Assembly: GCA_963637465.1 (NCBI GenBank)
Contig: CAVHNN010000002.1
Span: 22,347-86,346 of the forward strand
Source: Paludibacteraceae bacterium
GTDB taxonomy: Bacteria > Bacteroidota > Bacteroidia > Bacteroidales > UBA932
Length of the DNA: 64,000 bases
Direction of reading: 5' to 3'
Positions 27,698-39,942 of the stretch are shown here, one piece after another (the stretch's first letter is position 1; each line of letters starts with the position of its first letter). Under the pieces are notes generated by a model. That model saw only the letters and a list, made by a program, of their open reading frames with translations. It was not told the origin of the DNA and ran no database searches. A program made the translations under genes and the position numbers.

Positions 27698-29884
27698 TTA
27701 GTCACTGCTGAGGTTCTTGAAGCCATAGCCGTTCACGAGACCTGCGGTCTGAAGAACGGTGGTCTCCATAGGGATGAGGTAGATAGGAGCCTTCTTGGCG
27801 GCGTAGTCCGCATCGGTGTAGCCTCCCATGAACTTGGAGCTCCACTCGGCCTCCTGATTGGCGTCTGCCTCTCCGTTCTTTGTGTACATGCCCACAGCCC
27901 AGTCAGTCTTGACATAGCCGCGAGCCTCGAGAGCCTTGGCCTCGTCGCTGTCAGGAGCGATGTACTTGAAAAGACCCTGGATGGCGAGGTTGGTGTTGTC
28001 CTCAACCACGGCCACGCTGACGTTGTTGGCGCGCGTGTTGATCTGGTAGTCCTTGGCGGCCTGCCAGTCATCGTGCTGGCCTCTCCAGCCCGGATAGAGG
28101 ACGGCATACTTGTCTGAGCTCTCATCAAGACCTGACGGAGTCGTCATAGTCAGACGGTAGCCGTAGTCCTCCTTGGCATTGACGGTCTTGGTCCATACAT
28201 AGGCAGGAAGCTGGTTGCCGTTCTCGAACTGAGCATAGCCATTGGCCTTGAGCTCAGCCATGTGGTCAACCATCTTCTTGCGGAACTCGACAGCCACCTT
28301 AGGGAGATTGCCGCTGCGGACAAGATCCCAACGGCGGATGTTCTCACCCTGGAACTCGAGCTGCCTCTCCTTGAGGATGGCCTCCACGAGGGCTGACTGA
28401 GTCTCTGAAGCAGGGGTGGCGAGAAGCTCGGCGAACTTGGCATCACGAACTGAAGCATCGAAAGCACGGTCGTGAACCTTGCGGAGCTCGGTCTGTGCAG
28501 CACCCTCGTTGCCTGTCTGGGCATAAGCCTCGGCAAGCATAAGGATGATGTCGGCCTGACGCATGTGGATATAGCTGATACCGCTGTAGAGCTGACGAAG
28601 GTCAGGAGTAGCGACACGGTTGAGGTCATACTTGTTGAGACCGATACCGATTGTCAGACGGTTACCGAGGGTGAAAGAGTAGAGTTTCTCGACTCCGTTT
28701 CCGCTGGAACCGGTGACACTCATGGAAACGTCGCGACGCTTGTCCTGAGGGTCGAACTCTCCGTAGTAAACCTCCGGATAAGAGCAGATCTGGGCGTTGG
28801 CCTTAGGAGGCATGGCCGGAGAAGCACCGGCGGAGCCGCGGCCGAAGTTGTAGGCGATTCTTGATCCGCCGCTCTCCTTCATCGTCACTTCGAAGATGGT
28901 CTCGGTAGCCTTGTACTGCTCGTTGACCTGCTGGAAGTAGTACTGGAACGGGTTGTCATATACGCGGCCCTGAGTGTCGGAACGAGGATCGACCGTGGTG
29001 AGCACGGCCTCGCCCGGCTGCTCCACAGCCTTCTTGAGGTAAGGCAGGGCGGCCTCGTAGAATTTCTTCCAGTCGCTGCGGCGGCCATACTGAGCGTTCT
29101 TCTCGGCATCGGTTCCCCATACGTCGAAAGAAAGGACATTGCCGTCACCTCCGACATAGAAGTCTGCGCCGAGATCCGTGCGACGGGTCTGATAGCCGGC
29201 CTCCATAAAGCACATGCGTCCGATGAGACCGTCCACGAAGTTGCGGGTAATCTGGTCGGAGTAGTGGCCGTTCTGACCGATGGTGTAGAGGAGAGGCTCG
29301 ATGCGGTAGAGGTTCTCAAGCTCCTTCTCGATGATGTAGTCACGGGACACGAGACCTTCTCCGGCCTTGCCCGGGGTGGTCACATATTCCACGTCGCCGT
29401 AGTACATCACCATATCGTAGTATGAGAGAGCCCTCAGGGCATAAGCCTGGCCGAGCAGGTCGGAAAGCTCGTTAGGAGCATCCTTGCTGATGGTCTCGTA
29501 GTTCTGCTCAAGGTAGTAGATGATGTTGTTGCACTTGCTGATGGTGGAGTAGAAACGGTTCCAGTTTCCTTTCTGGAAGTTGATGTTGAAGTCCCCCTCG
29601 GAGTAAGGCTCATTGTAGAGCTGCGCCCCTCCGACAAGGTCGGTGATGTTGCCCACAGAGCACCTCTCGATATCTGAACCGATATTGGTGAAGTTCGGGA
29701 CATAGCCGTTGTTGTACTCGTTGATGAGCTGGTTGTATGCTCCGAGGATTACGGTCTTGGCAGTCTCGGGTCCCTTGAAGACGAACTCGCCGTCAACTGA
29801 CGACGGAGAGGAAGTCTCCAGGTTGCAGGACATTACGGCTGCGCCACAGAGGGCCACAGACAGATATTTTATATACTTTTTCAT
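27698..29884 (-). CDS. susD: SusD/RagB family nutrient-binding outer membrane lipoprotein
   Basis: 728 aa with lipoprotein signal LCGAAVMSC. Sits immediately downstream of a SusC-like gene. Confidence 0.9.
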   Translation of the reverse strand: MKKYIKYLSVALCGAAVMSCNLETSSPSSVDGEFVFKGPETAKTVILGAYNQLINEYNNGYVPNFTNIGSDIERCSVGNITDLVGGAQLYNEPYSEGDFNINFQKGNWNRFYSTISKCNNIIYYLEQNYETISKDAPNELSDLLGQAYALRALSYYDMVMYYGDVEYVTTPGKAGEGLVSRDYIIEKELENLYRIEPLLYTIGQNGHYSDQITRNFVDGLIGRMCFMEAGYQTRRTDLGADFYVGGDGNVLSFDVWGTDAEKNAQYGRRSDWKKFYEAALPYLKKAVEQPGEAVLTTVDPRSDTQGRVYDNPFQYYFQQVNEQYKATETIFEVTMKESGGSRIAYNFGRGSAGASPAMPPKANAQICSYPEVYYGEFDPQDKRRDVSMSVTGSSGNGVEKLYSFTLGNRLTIGIGLNKYDLNRVATPDLRQLYSGISYIHMRQADIILMLAEAYAQTGNEGAAQTELRKVHDRAFDASVRDAKFAELLATPASETQSALVEAILKERQLEFQGENIRRWDLVRSGNLPKVAVEFRKKMVDHMAELKANGYAQFENGNQLPAYVWTKTVNAKEDYGYRLTMTTPSGLDESSDKYAVLYPGWRGQHDDWQAAKDYQINTRANNVSVAVVEDNTNLAIQGLFKYIAPDSDEAKALEARGYVKTDWAVGMYTKNGEADANQEAEWSSKFMGGYTDADYAAKKAPIYLIPMETTVLQTAGLVNGYGFKNLSSD

Positions 29885-29898
29885 TCCGTTACAAATCT

Positions 29899-32800
29899 TT
29901 ACAGTGTGATGTTAAGACCGAAGGTGAAGGTCTTCGCGATAGGGTATGCGTTGTTGTCCACACCCGGAGTCGGGAAGCCGGAACCTGAAATGCTTCTGGT
30001 ACTGTTGGTGTTGACCTCAGGGTCAAGGCCGGTGTACTTGGTGAAAGTAAGGAGGTTGGAAGCGGTGACGTAAGCACGGATGTTCTTCATTCCGACTTTC
30101 TTCGCCACATCCTTAGGAAGGGTGTAACCAAGGGTGACGTTCTTCAGACGCAGGTAGGAGGCATCCTCCAACCAACGGTCGAAGAGAAGACCCTTCATCG
30201 AGGTCGGAGTGTGCATCGTGGCGTTGGCGTTCATCGCGTCAAGTTCGGCAGGGTCGCTTACGAACTCGATGTCACCGTTGTTCCAGCGATATGCCGTATA
30301 GGCTTCGGAAACGAAGGACTCACGGTTGGCGCCGAAGTAGTTGTCCTTCGCGCCGTAGGTGGACATAAGTGACCAGAAGTTCATCAGGTGTCCGCCGATG
30401 ACGTAGTTGAAGTTGGCGGCGAAATCGAGATTCTTCCAGCGTCCGGAGAGGTTGAATGAACCGGTTGAGCGCGGGGTCATCTCGCCGAGAGAATAGGTAT
30501 CGGTCTCAGTAATCTTGCCGTCACCGTCGAGATCCTTTGCCTTGGCGGCTCCAGGGAATGCTGTCTGGCCGGAAGGAAGCTTGAATGAGTTCGGATATGA
30601 GTCCATAGCCCAGTCAGGAATGCCTTCCTTGAGGGTGTAAACTCCCGTGGTCGGATCGTAATCGAAGTCAGCGGTCGTGTACCAGCCATCGTAAGCGTAG
30701 CCGTTGATGGCACCGATGCCCACGCCCTCCTTGAGGTAGTACTCACCGGTGTTAGGGCTGCGCTCGGATGAGGCCCACTGTCCGTAGTTGGTGGAAGTCA
30801 CGCTCTCGGCAAGCTCCTCGATCTTGTTGACATTGTAGTTATAGATGAAGTTGGCGCTGAGGGTGAAGTCCTTGTTGCGGACGATGTCTCCGCCGAGGGA
30901 GAACTCCAGACCGCGGTTGGCCACGGTACCCATGTTCTGGTACTGGTAAGAGTAACCTGAAGACGCGGCGATGCTGATAGGCATCAGAAGGTCGTAGGTG
31001 GTGCTCCAGTATCCTTCAACGACACCGTAGATGCGCTCGTCGAGGAAACCGAAGTCAACACCGAGGTTGCGGGAGAGGGTTGACTCCCACTTCAGGTCAG
31101 GATTAGGAGCCATGCTGCCGGCGGAGTATGCGTAGCCGTAACCGTTGTTGGTGTCCTTGCGGCTGTCGGAGATGGTGTAGTTGGTGGCTGAAGAGCTCTG
31201 TGACCAGGTCTCCTTCCAGAGGGAGGAGCTGATGGCGTCAGAACCGGTCACACCGTAAGAGAGACGGAGCTTGAGGTTGGAGAGCCAATCCTTGGTTCCG
31301 GCCATGAAAGGCTCGTCAACCACACGCCATGCGAAAGCGGCAGCAGGGAAATAACCCCAGCGGTTGTTAGGAGCGAAGCGTGAGGAACCGTCGGCACGCA
31401 TCGTGAAGGTGAACATATACTTGTCAAGCAGAGTATAGTTGGCGCGGGTGAAGAATGAAAGCGACTTGCCCGGGATGCTGATTCCCTGGGTGAAGGCATT
31501 GTTCTTCGTGCCGTTTACGAGCATGGCGAGAGTGGTCTCGCGGTCGAAGTAGCTCGGGAACACCTCAGCATAGTACTGCATCCACTCGCTGTCGTTGTAG
31601 ATATACTCGTTTCCGACCATGATGTCAGCCCTGTGGAACTCGGTGTTGAGAGGGAGCTCATAAGAGGCCGTGTTGGTCCAGTGCAGGTCGGAAGACTCGC
31701 TCTTGTAGAGGCTGGCGGAGTTGGTGGTGGTGCCGTAGCCGGCCACATAGTTCTCGGTCTTGCCGAAGTTCTTGCTCATACCGAGTTCGCTGCGCAGCTT
31801 GAGGCCCTTGATAGGGGTCCAGTTGGCCGCCGCGATGCCGCGGAAGTTGTGATTGTAGCTGGTGTTCTGGGTGTTCCAGGTAAGCTCCACAGGATTTGCA
31901 CCCTCGCTGATATAGCCGTCATAACCGGCACCGAAAGCGCCGCCGGCTACAGTATCGTCCCCGAGAGGCTCGATAGGCCTGTAGCGGAATGCAGAGGCGA
32001 GACGAGGATTGGAGCGGTTCTGCCTATAGGAGTAAGATACGTTGAGTTCGATGTCGAAGGTGTCGGTAATCTTCTCGATGGTCTTGAGGTTGGCGTTGAT
32101 TCTCTTGAACCAGGAGTTGATGACGGTACCGTCGTCATTGAGGAAGTTCAGGGAGAACATGGTCCTGTTCTTCGCGGTGCCGTTGCTGACCGTGAGGTTG
32201 TGGCTGTGGGCGACGCCTGTCTTGTAGAGGTCGCTCTGCCAGTTCTTGGCCGTCACACCGGCATAATCAGCATAGTGGTTGCCGTTCTCAGCGCCGATAC
32301 CGAAGTACTTGCGCATGTTCTCGTACATCGTGGAGTTGTAGTCTCTCGCGAATCCGAGGTTGAACTTGAGGTAGTCATAGGTATCCATCACGTCACGGAT
32401 GCTGGATGATGAATCCTTGATCTGCACGAAGCCGTTGTAGGTGACCTGAGTCTGTCCCTCGGACGCGCTCTTGGTCGTCACGATGACAACGCCGGATGCT
32501 CCGCGTGAACCGTAGATGGCGGTCGCCGCGGCGTCCTTGAGGACGTTGATGGACTTGATCTGGTCTGAAGGCACGTTGATGAGGCTGCTTACAGGGAAGC
32601 CGTCAACGATGTAGAGAGGGTTGTTGGTCTGGGTGATGGATTTCGCACCGCGGATGCGGATCTGAGGCTCGGCACCCGGAGTGGCGTCGTTGAGTGAGAC
32701 AACCACACCTGCCATCTTGCCCTGAAGCGCCTCGCCGACATTGGCTACCGGAACTTCAAGGTCCTTGGAGCTCACTGCCGCAACGGAACCGGTGAGGTCA

Positions 32801-33168
32801 CGCACCTTGACGGTGCCGTAACCGATGACGACGGTCTCGTCGAGCATCGTGCTGCTCTCGTGGAGAATGATGTCATATTTGTCCCTGCCGGCGACAACGG
32901 TGAACTTCTCATCGTTGTAACCGATGCAGGATACAACCATATTGGAACCTGTAGGAACCGTCAAAGTCCAGTTTCCGTCGAGATCGACCACAACGCCGGT
33001 AGTGGTGCCTTCAACGACGACACCGGCGCCGATCACTCCCTGACCGGAAGCATCCTTAACTGTTCCTGAGATTTTCTGCTGCGCAAACGCTGTCGCGCAG
33101 ACACAGAGAAACGCTCCCCCCAACAGGGCGAGCTTCCTCCATAAAGAAATCAAAGACTGACTCTTCAT
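29899..33168 (-). CDS. susC: SusC/RagA family TonB-linked outer membrane protein
   Basis: 1089 aa with signal peptide, carboxypeptidase-regulatory-like N-domain (ISGTVKDASGQGVIGAGVVVEG), plug and a C-terminal beta-barrel ending in F/L. Confidence 0.92.
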   Translation of the reverse strand: MKSQSLISLWRKLALLGGAFLCVCATAFAQQKISGTVKDASGQGVIGAGVVVEGTTTGVVVDLDGNWTLTVPTGSNMVVSCIGYNDEKFTVVAGRDKYDIILHESSTMLDETVVIGYGTVKVRDLTGSVAAVSSKDLEVPVANVGEALQGKMAGVVVSLNDATPGAEPQIRIRGAKSITQTNNPLYIVDGFPVSSLINVPSDQIKSINVLKDAAATAIYGSRGASGVVIVTTKSASEGQTQVTYNGFVQIKDSSSSIRDVMDTYDYLKFNLGFARDYNSTMYENMRKYFGIGAENGNHYADYAGVTAKNWQSDLYKTGVAHSHNLTVSNGTAKNRTMFSLNFLNDDGTVINSWFKRINANLKTIEKITDTFDIELNVSYSYRQNRSNPRLASAFRYRPIEPLGDDTVAGGAFGAGYDGYISEGANPVELTWNTQNTSYNHNFRGIAAANWTPIKGLKLRSELGMSKNFGKTENYVAGYGTTTNSASLYKSESSDLHWTNTASYELPLNTEFHRADIMVGNEYIYNDSEWMQYYAEVFPSYFDRETTLAMLVNGTKNNAFTQGISIPGKSLSFFTRANYTLLDKYMFTFTMRADGSSRFAPNNRWGYFPAAAFAWRVVDEPFMAGTKDWLSNLKLRLSYGVTGSDAISSSLWKETWSQSSSATNYTISDSRKDTNNGYGYAYSAGSMAPNPDLKWESTLSRNLGVDFGFLDERIYGVVEGYWSTTYDLLMPISIAASSGYSYQYQNMGTVANRGLEFSLGGDIVRNKDFTLSANFIYNYNVNKIEELAESVTSTNYGQWASSERSPNTGEYYLKEGVGIGAINGYAYDGWYTTADFDYDPTTGVYTLKEGIPDWAMDSYPNSFKLPSGQTAFPGAAKAKDLDGDGKITETDTYSLGEMTPRSTGSFNLSGRWKNLDFAANFNYVIGGHLMNFWSLMSTYGAKDNYFGANRESFVSEAYTAYRWNNGDIEFVSDPAELDAMNANATMHTPTSMKGLLFDRWLEDASYLRLKNVTLGYTLPKDVAKKVGMKNIRAYVTASNLLTFTKYTGLDPEVNTNSTRSISGSGFPTPGVDNNAYPIAKTFTFGLNITL

Positions 33169-33239
33169 CTGTAGAAAACAAATTGGTTAATAATTAAAAG
33201 TATATACTAATTACAATATACCCTTGACGTATTCGAGAC

Positions 33240-33247
33240 CAAAGGTA
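33240..33247 (-). promoter_or_regulatory. Candidate -7 box (TACCTTTG) for susC
   Basis: Exact TAnnTTTG on the minus strand, about 70 nt upstream of the susC ATG. Confidence 0.35.
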
Positions 33248-33279
33248 CAAATTTTTTTTTGATTAGTATGTGTTCAAAA

Positions 33280-34272
33280 TTAATTCAGCTCGCGAAATTT
33301 CGCGGAAGTGATCTTGGTCGGCTTGAGAGTGATCGTCTCCTTGATCTTCTCCATCACCTTGCGGTCCTCCACGTTTTCGACAAGATGCTCGACCTGCCTG
33401 CGGTCGCGCAGAACGCTCACCACCGCCTCGTCAACCATCTCCTCGGGAACATTGCCGATGCCGTACATCGCATACTGATATGTCACATAGGCCTTTGCAG
33501 CCTCACGGATTTCGGATTCCTCAACCTTGAAGCCGAACTTCTCCATCAGATAGCCGCGCACAAGCTGCCACTTGAAATCCTCGACAAATCTAGGGAACTC
33601 CTTCTCTACGTCCTCCGATGTGACCTTTCCGTCATTGGCGGCGACAAGCCAGCGCTTGAGGAAAGCCTCCGGAAGAGTAAGGGCGGCCTTCTGCACGAAA
33701 TAGTCGCGGATATCCTTGCCAAGACGCCACTCGGACTCGTTCTTGAACTGATTCTCAAGGCGCTCGGTAACCTCCTTGTCGATGTCCTCCTCGCTCTTCT
33801 CCTCCTTTTTCTCCTCATAGTACTTCTTGAGGCTCTCCGCCATCGAGGTCTTGTCCTTGGCCGCTATGCTGACGGTGTAGGACGGCACGGTGTCAGACTT
33901 CTCCACCTCAAACTCCACCTTCGGAGAAAGGGCGGCATCATAGATGAAGGTGAAGTCGTTGCCATCTTTCCACTCGATCCCGGCCTGCTTCTCGGAAGCG
34001 AGCGGCTCGCCCAGAAGCTTGAGGGAGTTTTTCTCGATATGCTCATCAAGAGCCTCCGAAATCGCCCTGTTGACGGCCTCGACAAGGCACTGGTCTCCGT
34101 ATATGTGCTGAATCATGGAGAGCGGGGCCATGCCCTTTCTGAATCCCTTGAGGTCGGCGTTGCGTCTGCACTCGGCAAGTTTTTTCCTCAAATTCTCAGC
34201 ATAATCGGCCGCCTCCACCTCGACCGTAAGTTCGAGATTGAGGTCATCAATGTTGTTCTGTAATACTTTCAT
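33280..34272 (-). CDS. tig: Trigger factor, short form apparently lacking the PPIase domain
   Basis: 330 aa. Has the ribosome-binding signature GFRKGMAP and a C-terminal chaperone-arm-like region. A Lys/Glu-rich linker sits where the FKBP domain normally lies. Confidence 0.8.
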   Translation of the reverse strand: MKVLQNNIDDLNLELTVEVEAADYAENLRKKLAECRRNADLKGFRKGMAPLSMIQHIYGDQCLVEAVNRAISEALDEHIEKNSLKLLGEPLASEKQAGIEWKDGNDFTFIYDAALSPKVEFEVEKSDTVPSYTVSIAAKDKTSMAESLKKYYEEKKEEKSEEDIDKEVTERLENQFKNESEWRLGKDIRDYFVQKAALTLPEAFLKRWLVAANDGKVTSEDVEKEFPRFVEDFKWQLVRGYLMEKFGFKVEESEIREAAKAYVTYQYAMYGIGNVPEEMVDEAVVSVLRDRRQVEHLVENVEDRKVMEKIKETITLKPTKITSAKFRELN

Positions 34273-34274
34273 AC

Positions 34275-36296
34275 TTATTTTTTGTTCGATTTATTCTTGG
34301 GGTATGCGATGCGCTCATGGTTGAGCTGCACGAGATACTGCTTGAGCGTCTCCTTGACGGTGTTCAGCTCGCTGATGGTGATGTCGGCGTTGTCGAACTG
34401 GCCCTCATCCATCTTGCCGGCCACTATGCTCTCCACGAAATCCGAGTAGGCCTTGAGGCTGTTCTCCCTGACGGTGCGGGAGGCGGCCTCCACGCTGTCG
34501 CAGAGCATGAGGACTATCTGCGCCTTGGTCACCGGCTTGCGTCCGTCGTAGCGGAACTCCTGCGAAAGCGCCGGATCCCCGCCCTCCTTGATGAACTTGT
34601 TGTAGAAATAACGCACGAGGGTGGTCCCGTGATGAGTGGCGATAAAGTCGATGATCAGCTGCGGCATATGTTGCTTCTGGGCTATCTCGACACCGTCGTC
34701 CACATGGCGCTTGATGTCGTGGGCGCTCTGCAGCGGAGTGAGCCCGCTGTGATATTTGTGCTCCTCGTCCTTGTTCAGAAGAGATTCGTTCTCCACGAAA
34801 CAGAGAGGGTTGTTGATCTTGCCTATGTCGTGATAGAGGGCCCCCGCACGGATGAGGTCCGGGTTGACGCCGACGGCCCTGGCCACGACATCGGCCATGT
34901 TCATCACCTGGAGGGAATGCTGGAAGGTGCCCGGAGCCTTCTGCTCAAGTGAGCGGATAAGCGGGTTCGAAGTGTCGCAGAGCTCGATGAGCCGGGAGTT
35001 CGAAACCAGGTTGAAAATCCTCTCGAAGAGGAACACCAGAGGGTAGCCCGCCACGGTGAGCAGCGACCCGGCAAAAAGCGCCATGAGCACGCCCCAAACG
35101 CTCCCGGACACGATGTCAGCAGCCCTGAAGCCAAGGTATGTGCAGGCGAGAATCGCGAAGGTGATCATCGCGGCAACGAACTGCTTCCACCCGCGCTGGA
35201 AATACCTGAATATCCTTATCATCAGCAGTCCGGCGAGAACGTACATCACGAACATCACCGGCCCGCGCGAAGAGGCGAAGAGCAGCGGGGCCATCGACAC
35301 CACATATACCGGAGCAATCTCCTTCGCCTCCATGAAGGCCTGAAGCATGAGGGCGGCCAGCGTGAACGGCACGAAGTACAGCACGGAGGTCCCCGCCCGG
35401 GCGAGCAGGAGCGCGGAGAGGGCGAAAATCAGATAGACCGTCAGCACGTAAGGATACCTGCTGTCGGCAAACACCGCAGGACAGCTGAAGAATATGGCCA
35501 GATAGAGCATCAGGGTCAGAGCGGCGGCGATGATGAAATTGCCCGTGAACATAAGGGCCGGATGCCCCATATAACCGACGTTGGCCTCGAACTCCCTCTT
35601 GTAGGAGTCGAGCATCTGTTCTATCTCCGCCGTCACTATCTCCCCTTTGGAGACAATCACCTGGCCGGCGGAAACATAGCCGGAGGTGGGAGATATCGTG
35701 CGGTCGGCATCTTCATTGACGAGCTGAGTGGTCTGAGGGTCGAAGATGACGTTGGGGACTATGATGTCATATACCCCGCTCACCCTGAAGAGAGAGTCAA
35801 GGTTGACGTCGGACACCCCGCCGAGATCCGCGAGGAGCTTGGCTTTCGCGTCCGACTTGAGATAGACTTCCGTCGAAGGCACCTTGTAGGCGCGCTTGTC
35901 CCTCTGGAGATAAATCACGTCGGAAGCGGAAACGTCGTCCCCGCCGGCGTCGGCTATGATACCTTTATTATATATGGCGCGGATTTCGGAAGCCACGGCC
36001 CCCCTCAGGGAGCCCAGATCCAGAGCCTCGGCGGCGCTGATGTTCTTGTTGGCTATCTCTTCCGAATATTTGTAGTAAGGGACGGGCTGCACAGATGAAG
36101 TCTCGCGCTCGGAGCGCATCTGCTCGGCGGTCTTGTAGATCGGAAATTCGAATTCCGCGAAGAGGGTCTCATACCTCCACGCCTGTCCCCTGCGGTAGTC
36201 GTAAGGAAACTTGGAGCCGCGCGGCAGCGAGACAAGCACTGCGGCGAAAACCAGCACAAGCGGCAGGATGAGCCTGAGGCGCGGGAGATTCTTCAT
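34275..36296 (-). CDS. 7TM-receptor HD-domain phosphohydrolase (PgpH/YqfF-like, HDIG)
   Basis: About 673 aa from ATG 36296. N-terminal extracellular region, 7 TM helices, and an HD domain with ALYHDIGK. Confidence 0.85.
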   Translation of the reverse strand: MKNLPRLRLILPLVLVFAAVLVSLPRGSKFPYDYRRGQAWRYETLFAEFEFPIYKTAEQMRSERETSSVQPVPYYKYSEEIANKNISAAEALDLGSLRGAVASEIRAIYNKGIIADAGGDDVSASDVIYLQRDKRAYKVPSTEVYLKSDAKAKLLADLGGVSDVNLDSLFRVSGVYDIIVPNVIFDPQTTQLVNEDADRTISPTSGYVSAGQVIVSKGEIVTAEIEQMLDSYKREFEANVGYMGHPALMFTGNFIIAAALTLMLYLAIFFSCPAVFADSRYPYVLTVYLIFALSALLLARAGTSVLYFVPFTLAALMLQAFMEAKEIAPVYVVSMAPLLFASSRGPVMFVMYVLAGLLMIRIFRYFQRGWKQFVAAMITFAILACTYLGFRAADIVSGSVWGVLMALFAGSLLTVAGYPLVFLFERIFNLVSNSRLIELCDTSNPLIRSLEQKAPGTFQHSLQVMNMADVVARAVGVNPDLIRAGALYHDIGKINNPLCFVENESLLNKDEEHKYHSGLTPLQSAHDIKRHVDDGVEIAQKQHMPQLIIDFIATHHGTTLVRYFYNKFIKEGGDPALSQEFRYDGRKPVTKAQIVLMLCDSVEAASRTVRENSLKAYSDFVESIVAGKMDEGQFDNADITISELNTVKETLKQYLVQLNHERIAYPKNKSNKK

Positions 36297-36304
36297 CACA
36301 ACGG

Positions 36305-38347
<2,043 letters not shown>

Positions 38348-38368
38348 CTAAAATTCCCGCAAATTTCC

Positions 38369-39940
38369 CTATAGGCTCAGGCAAAGGCCGAGGGTGAAGT
38401 ACGGCCCCTTCTCCACGTATCCGGGATGCCGTTCTATCTTCATGCAGGCCAGATTGCCCGCGTGCAGCCAGACGCTCCACATGCTGTCTATCCTGTACTC
38501 TCCGTAGAGCCCCAGGTCCAGATAGCCGCGAAGATCCTCAAGCGAGGAGACGGCTGCGCTGCGGCCCGAAGCTCCCTCGGCGGTGATGCCGGCATATACC
38601 CTTTTCAACCAATTGTAGGTCAGCCTGAAATCTCCGCTGAACGCAGCCGGGGCATAGACCTCGGAGAGGCTGTCAATCCCGGCATTGGAGAAACGGAAGT
38701 CCGCATCGGCGTTGAGACGCTCGGAGAGCCAGAGCATCTTCAGTTCAGCATAGGCCTCGCGGTAGTCCGCGAAGCCGAGACCGGCGGTCGGAGAGTCGAG
38801 CGGAGAGTCGGAGCGCAGGGCATAACCTCCCTTGAGATTGTACTGGAATGAAGTTCCGATCCGCCCCTGGACTCCGCCGTAGAAGTCAATCTTGTCACGG
38901 GACGCTTCGGGGCCCGCCTGACGGCTGTAGAAGTGGTTGAGACGCTTGAGATCATAGTAGGCGTTGAGCCTGCGGCCCCCTCCGATGCCGGCGAAGAGCC
39001 GAAGATCGAGCCGGGAGACCTCCAGCGAAGCCTTCAAGTGAGGAGCGAGCGTGTATGAGCCGGAATCTCCGGCCAGATAATCCAGACGCACCCCGGCATC
39101 CACGTCGGCAGGGCCAGCGACGAAGCGCAGATGCGGCGTCGCCGTGCCGAAGCCCATCGATCTGTCCGCAAAGCCGGAGCGACCCTCCTTGAGAGCGGAG
39201 ATGGTGAAGTCGAAATCTATCAGCAGGCTGTAGAACTCATTGATGGCGGGCCCGCAGGAGCCGCTGACTCCGAAGAGATGCTCCCCCGTCTTGCCCTGAA
39301 ATGAAATATGGTCGGAGCCATAACGGTAATCCATCCCCAGATCATAGAGCAGGGCCAGGCCCTCCCGCTTCGGGGAGGAGAGACGAAGGGAAAGGCTCGC
39401 GGAGTTGTAGGAGGAATTATTGATTCCGTCCCCGGCGAAAATCCCGCCATAGCCTCCCCGGAAGGAGAACTGCCCCGCGCGGCTGCGGTAGTGTCCGCTC
39501 ACCCCCGCCCTGTCGCTCAGGTCATGGAAGCTGTCCCCGGCATAGCCGGAGCCGCTGTTGTAGAGGCTCAGGCCGACGTTCTCGCCGCTCAGGGGAGCGT
39601 ACGAGAGCTCAAGCACGGGATGCAGAGAATAGCCGGCACCGGCACGCACATAAAGCAGACGCCCGTCATAAGGGACAGGCTCCGGAGTAATCTTGATTTC
39701 GTAAGGGGTGAAATCGTACGCCCCCCTGTACGGAGAGTCGAAGACGGAGTAGTCGAAACTGTAGTCGAAACGATAGACCGAGTCCGGCACGGCCCCTTCG
39801 GGCCCCTTCTTCTGAAAGTCCGAGAAACGGGTCTCGTATTCGTTGGTCACCTCGACACTCTGATTTATGCCCTGGGCGGAAAGGGAAAGCGCCCCCAAGA
39901 GCAGCGAGGCCGATGCGGATATGAGTTTTGTATTCATCAT
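38369..39940 (-). CDS. Putative outer-membrane beta-barrel protein, unknown function
   Basis: Signal peptide MMNTKLISASASLLLGALSLSAQG. Gly/Tyr/Ser-rich with alternating strands. Start moved to ATG 39940 (the track start is a GTG). Directly follows the TPR gene stop. Confidence 0.55.
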   Translation of the reverse strand: MMNTKLISASASLLLGALSLSAQGINQSVEVTNEYETRFSDFQKKGPEGAVPDSVYRFDYSFDYSVFDSPYRGAYDFTPYEIKITPEPVPYDGRLLYVRAGAGYSLHPVLELSYAPLSGENVGLSLYNSGSGYAGDSFHDLSDRAGVSGHYRSRAGQFSFRGGYGGIFAGDGINNSSYNSASLSLRLSSPKREGLALLYDLGMDYRYGSDHISFQGKTGEHLFGVSGSCGPAINEFYSLLIDFDFTISALKEGRSGFADRSMGFGTATPHLRFVAGPADVDAGVRLDYLAGDSGSYTLAPHLKASLEVSRLDLRLFAGIGGGRRLNAYYDLKRLNHFYSRQAGPEASRDKIDFYGGVQGRIGTSFQYNLKGGYALRSDSPLDSPTAGLGFADYREAYAELKMLWLSERLNADADFRFSNAGIDSLSEVYAPAAFSGDFRLTYNWLKRVYAGITAEGASGRSAAVSSLEDLRGYLDLGLYGEYRIDSMWSVWLHAGNLACMKIERHPGYVEKGPYFTLGLCLSL

Positions 39941-39942
39941 GA

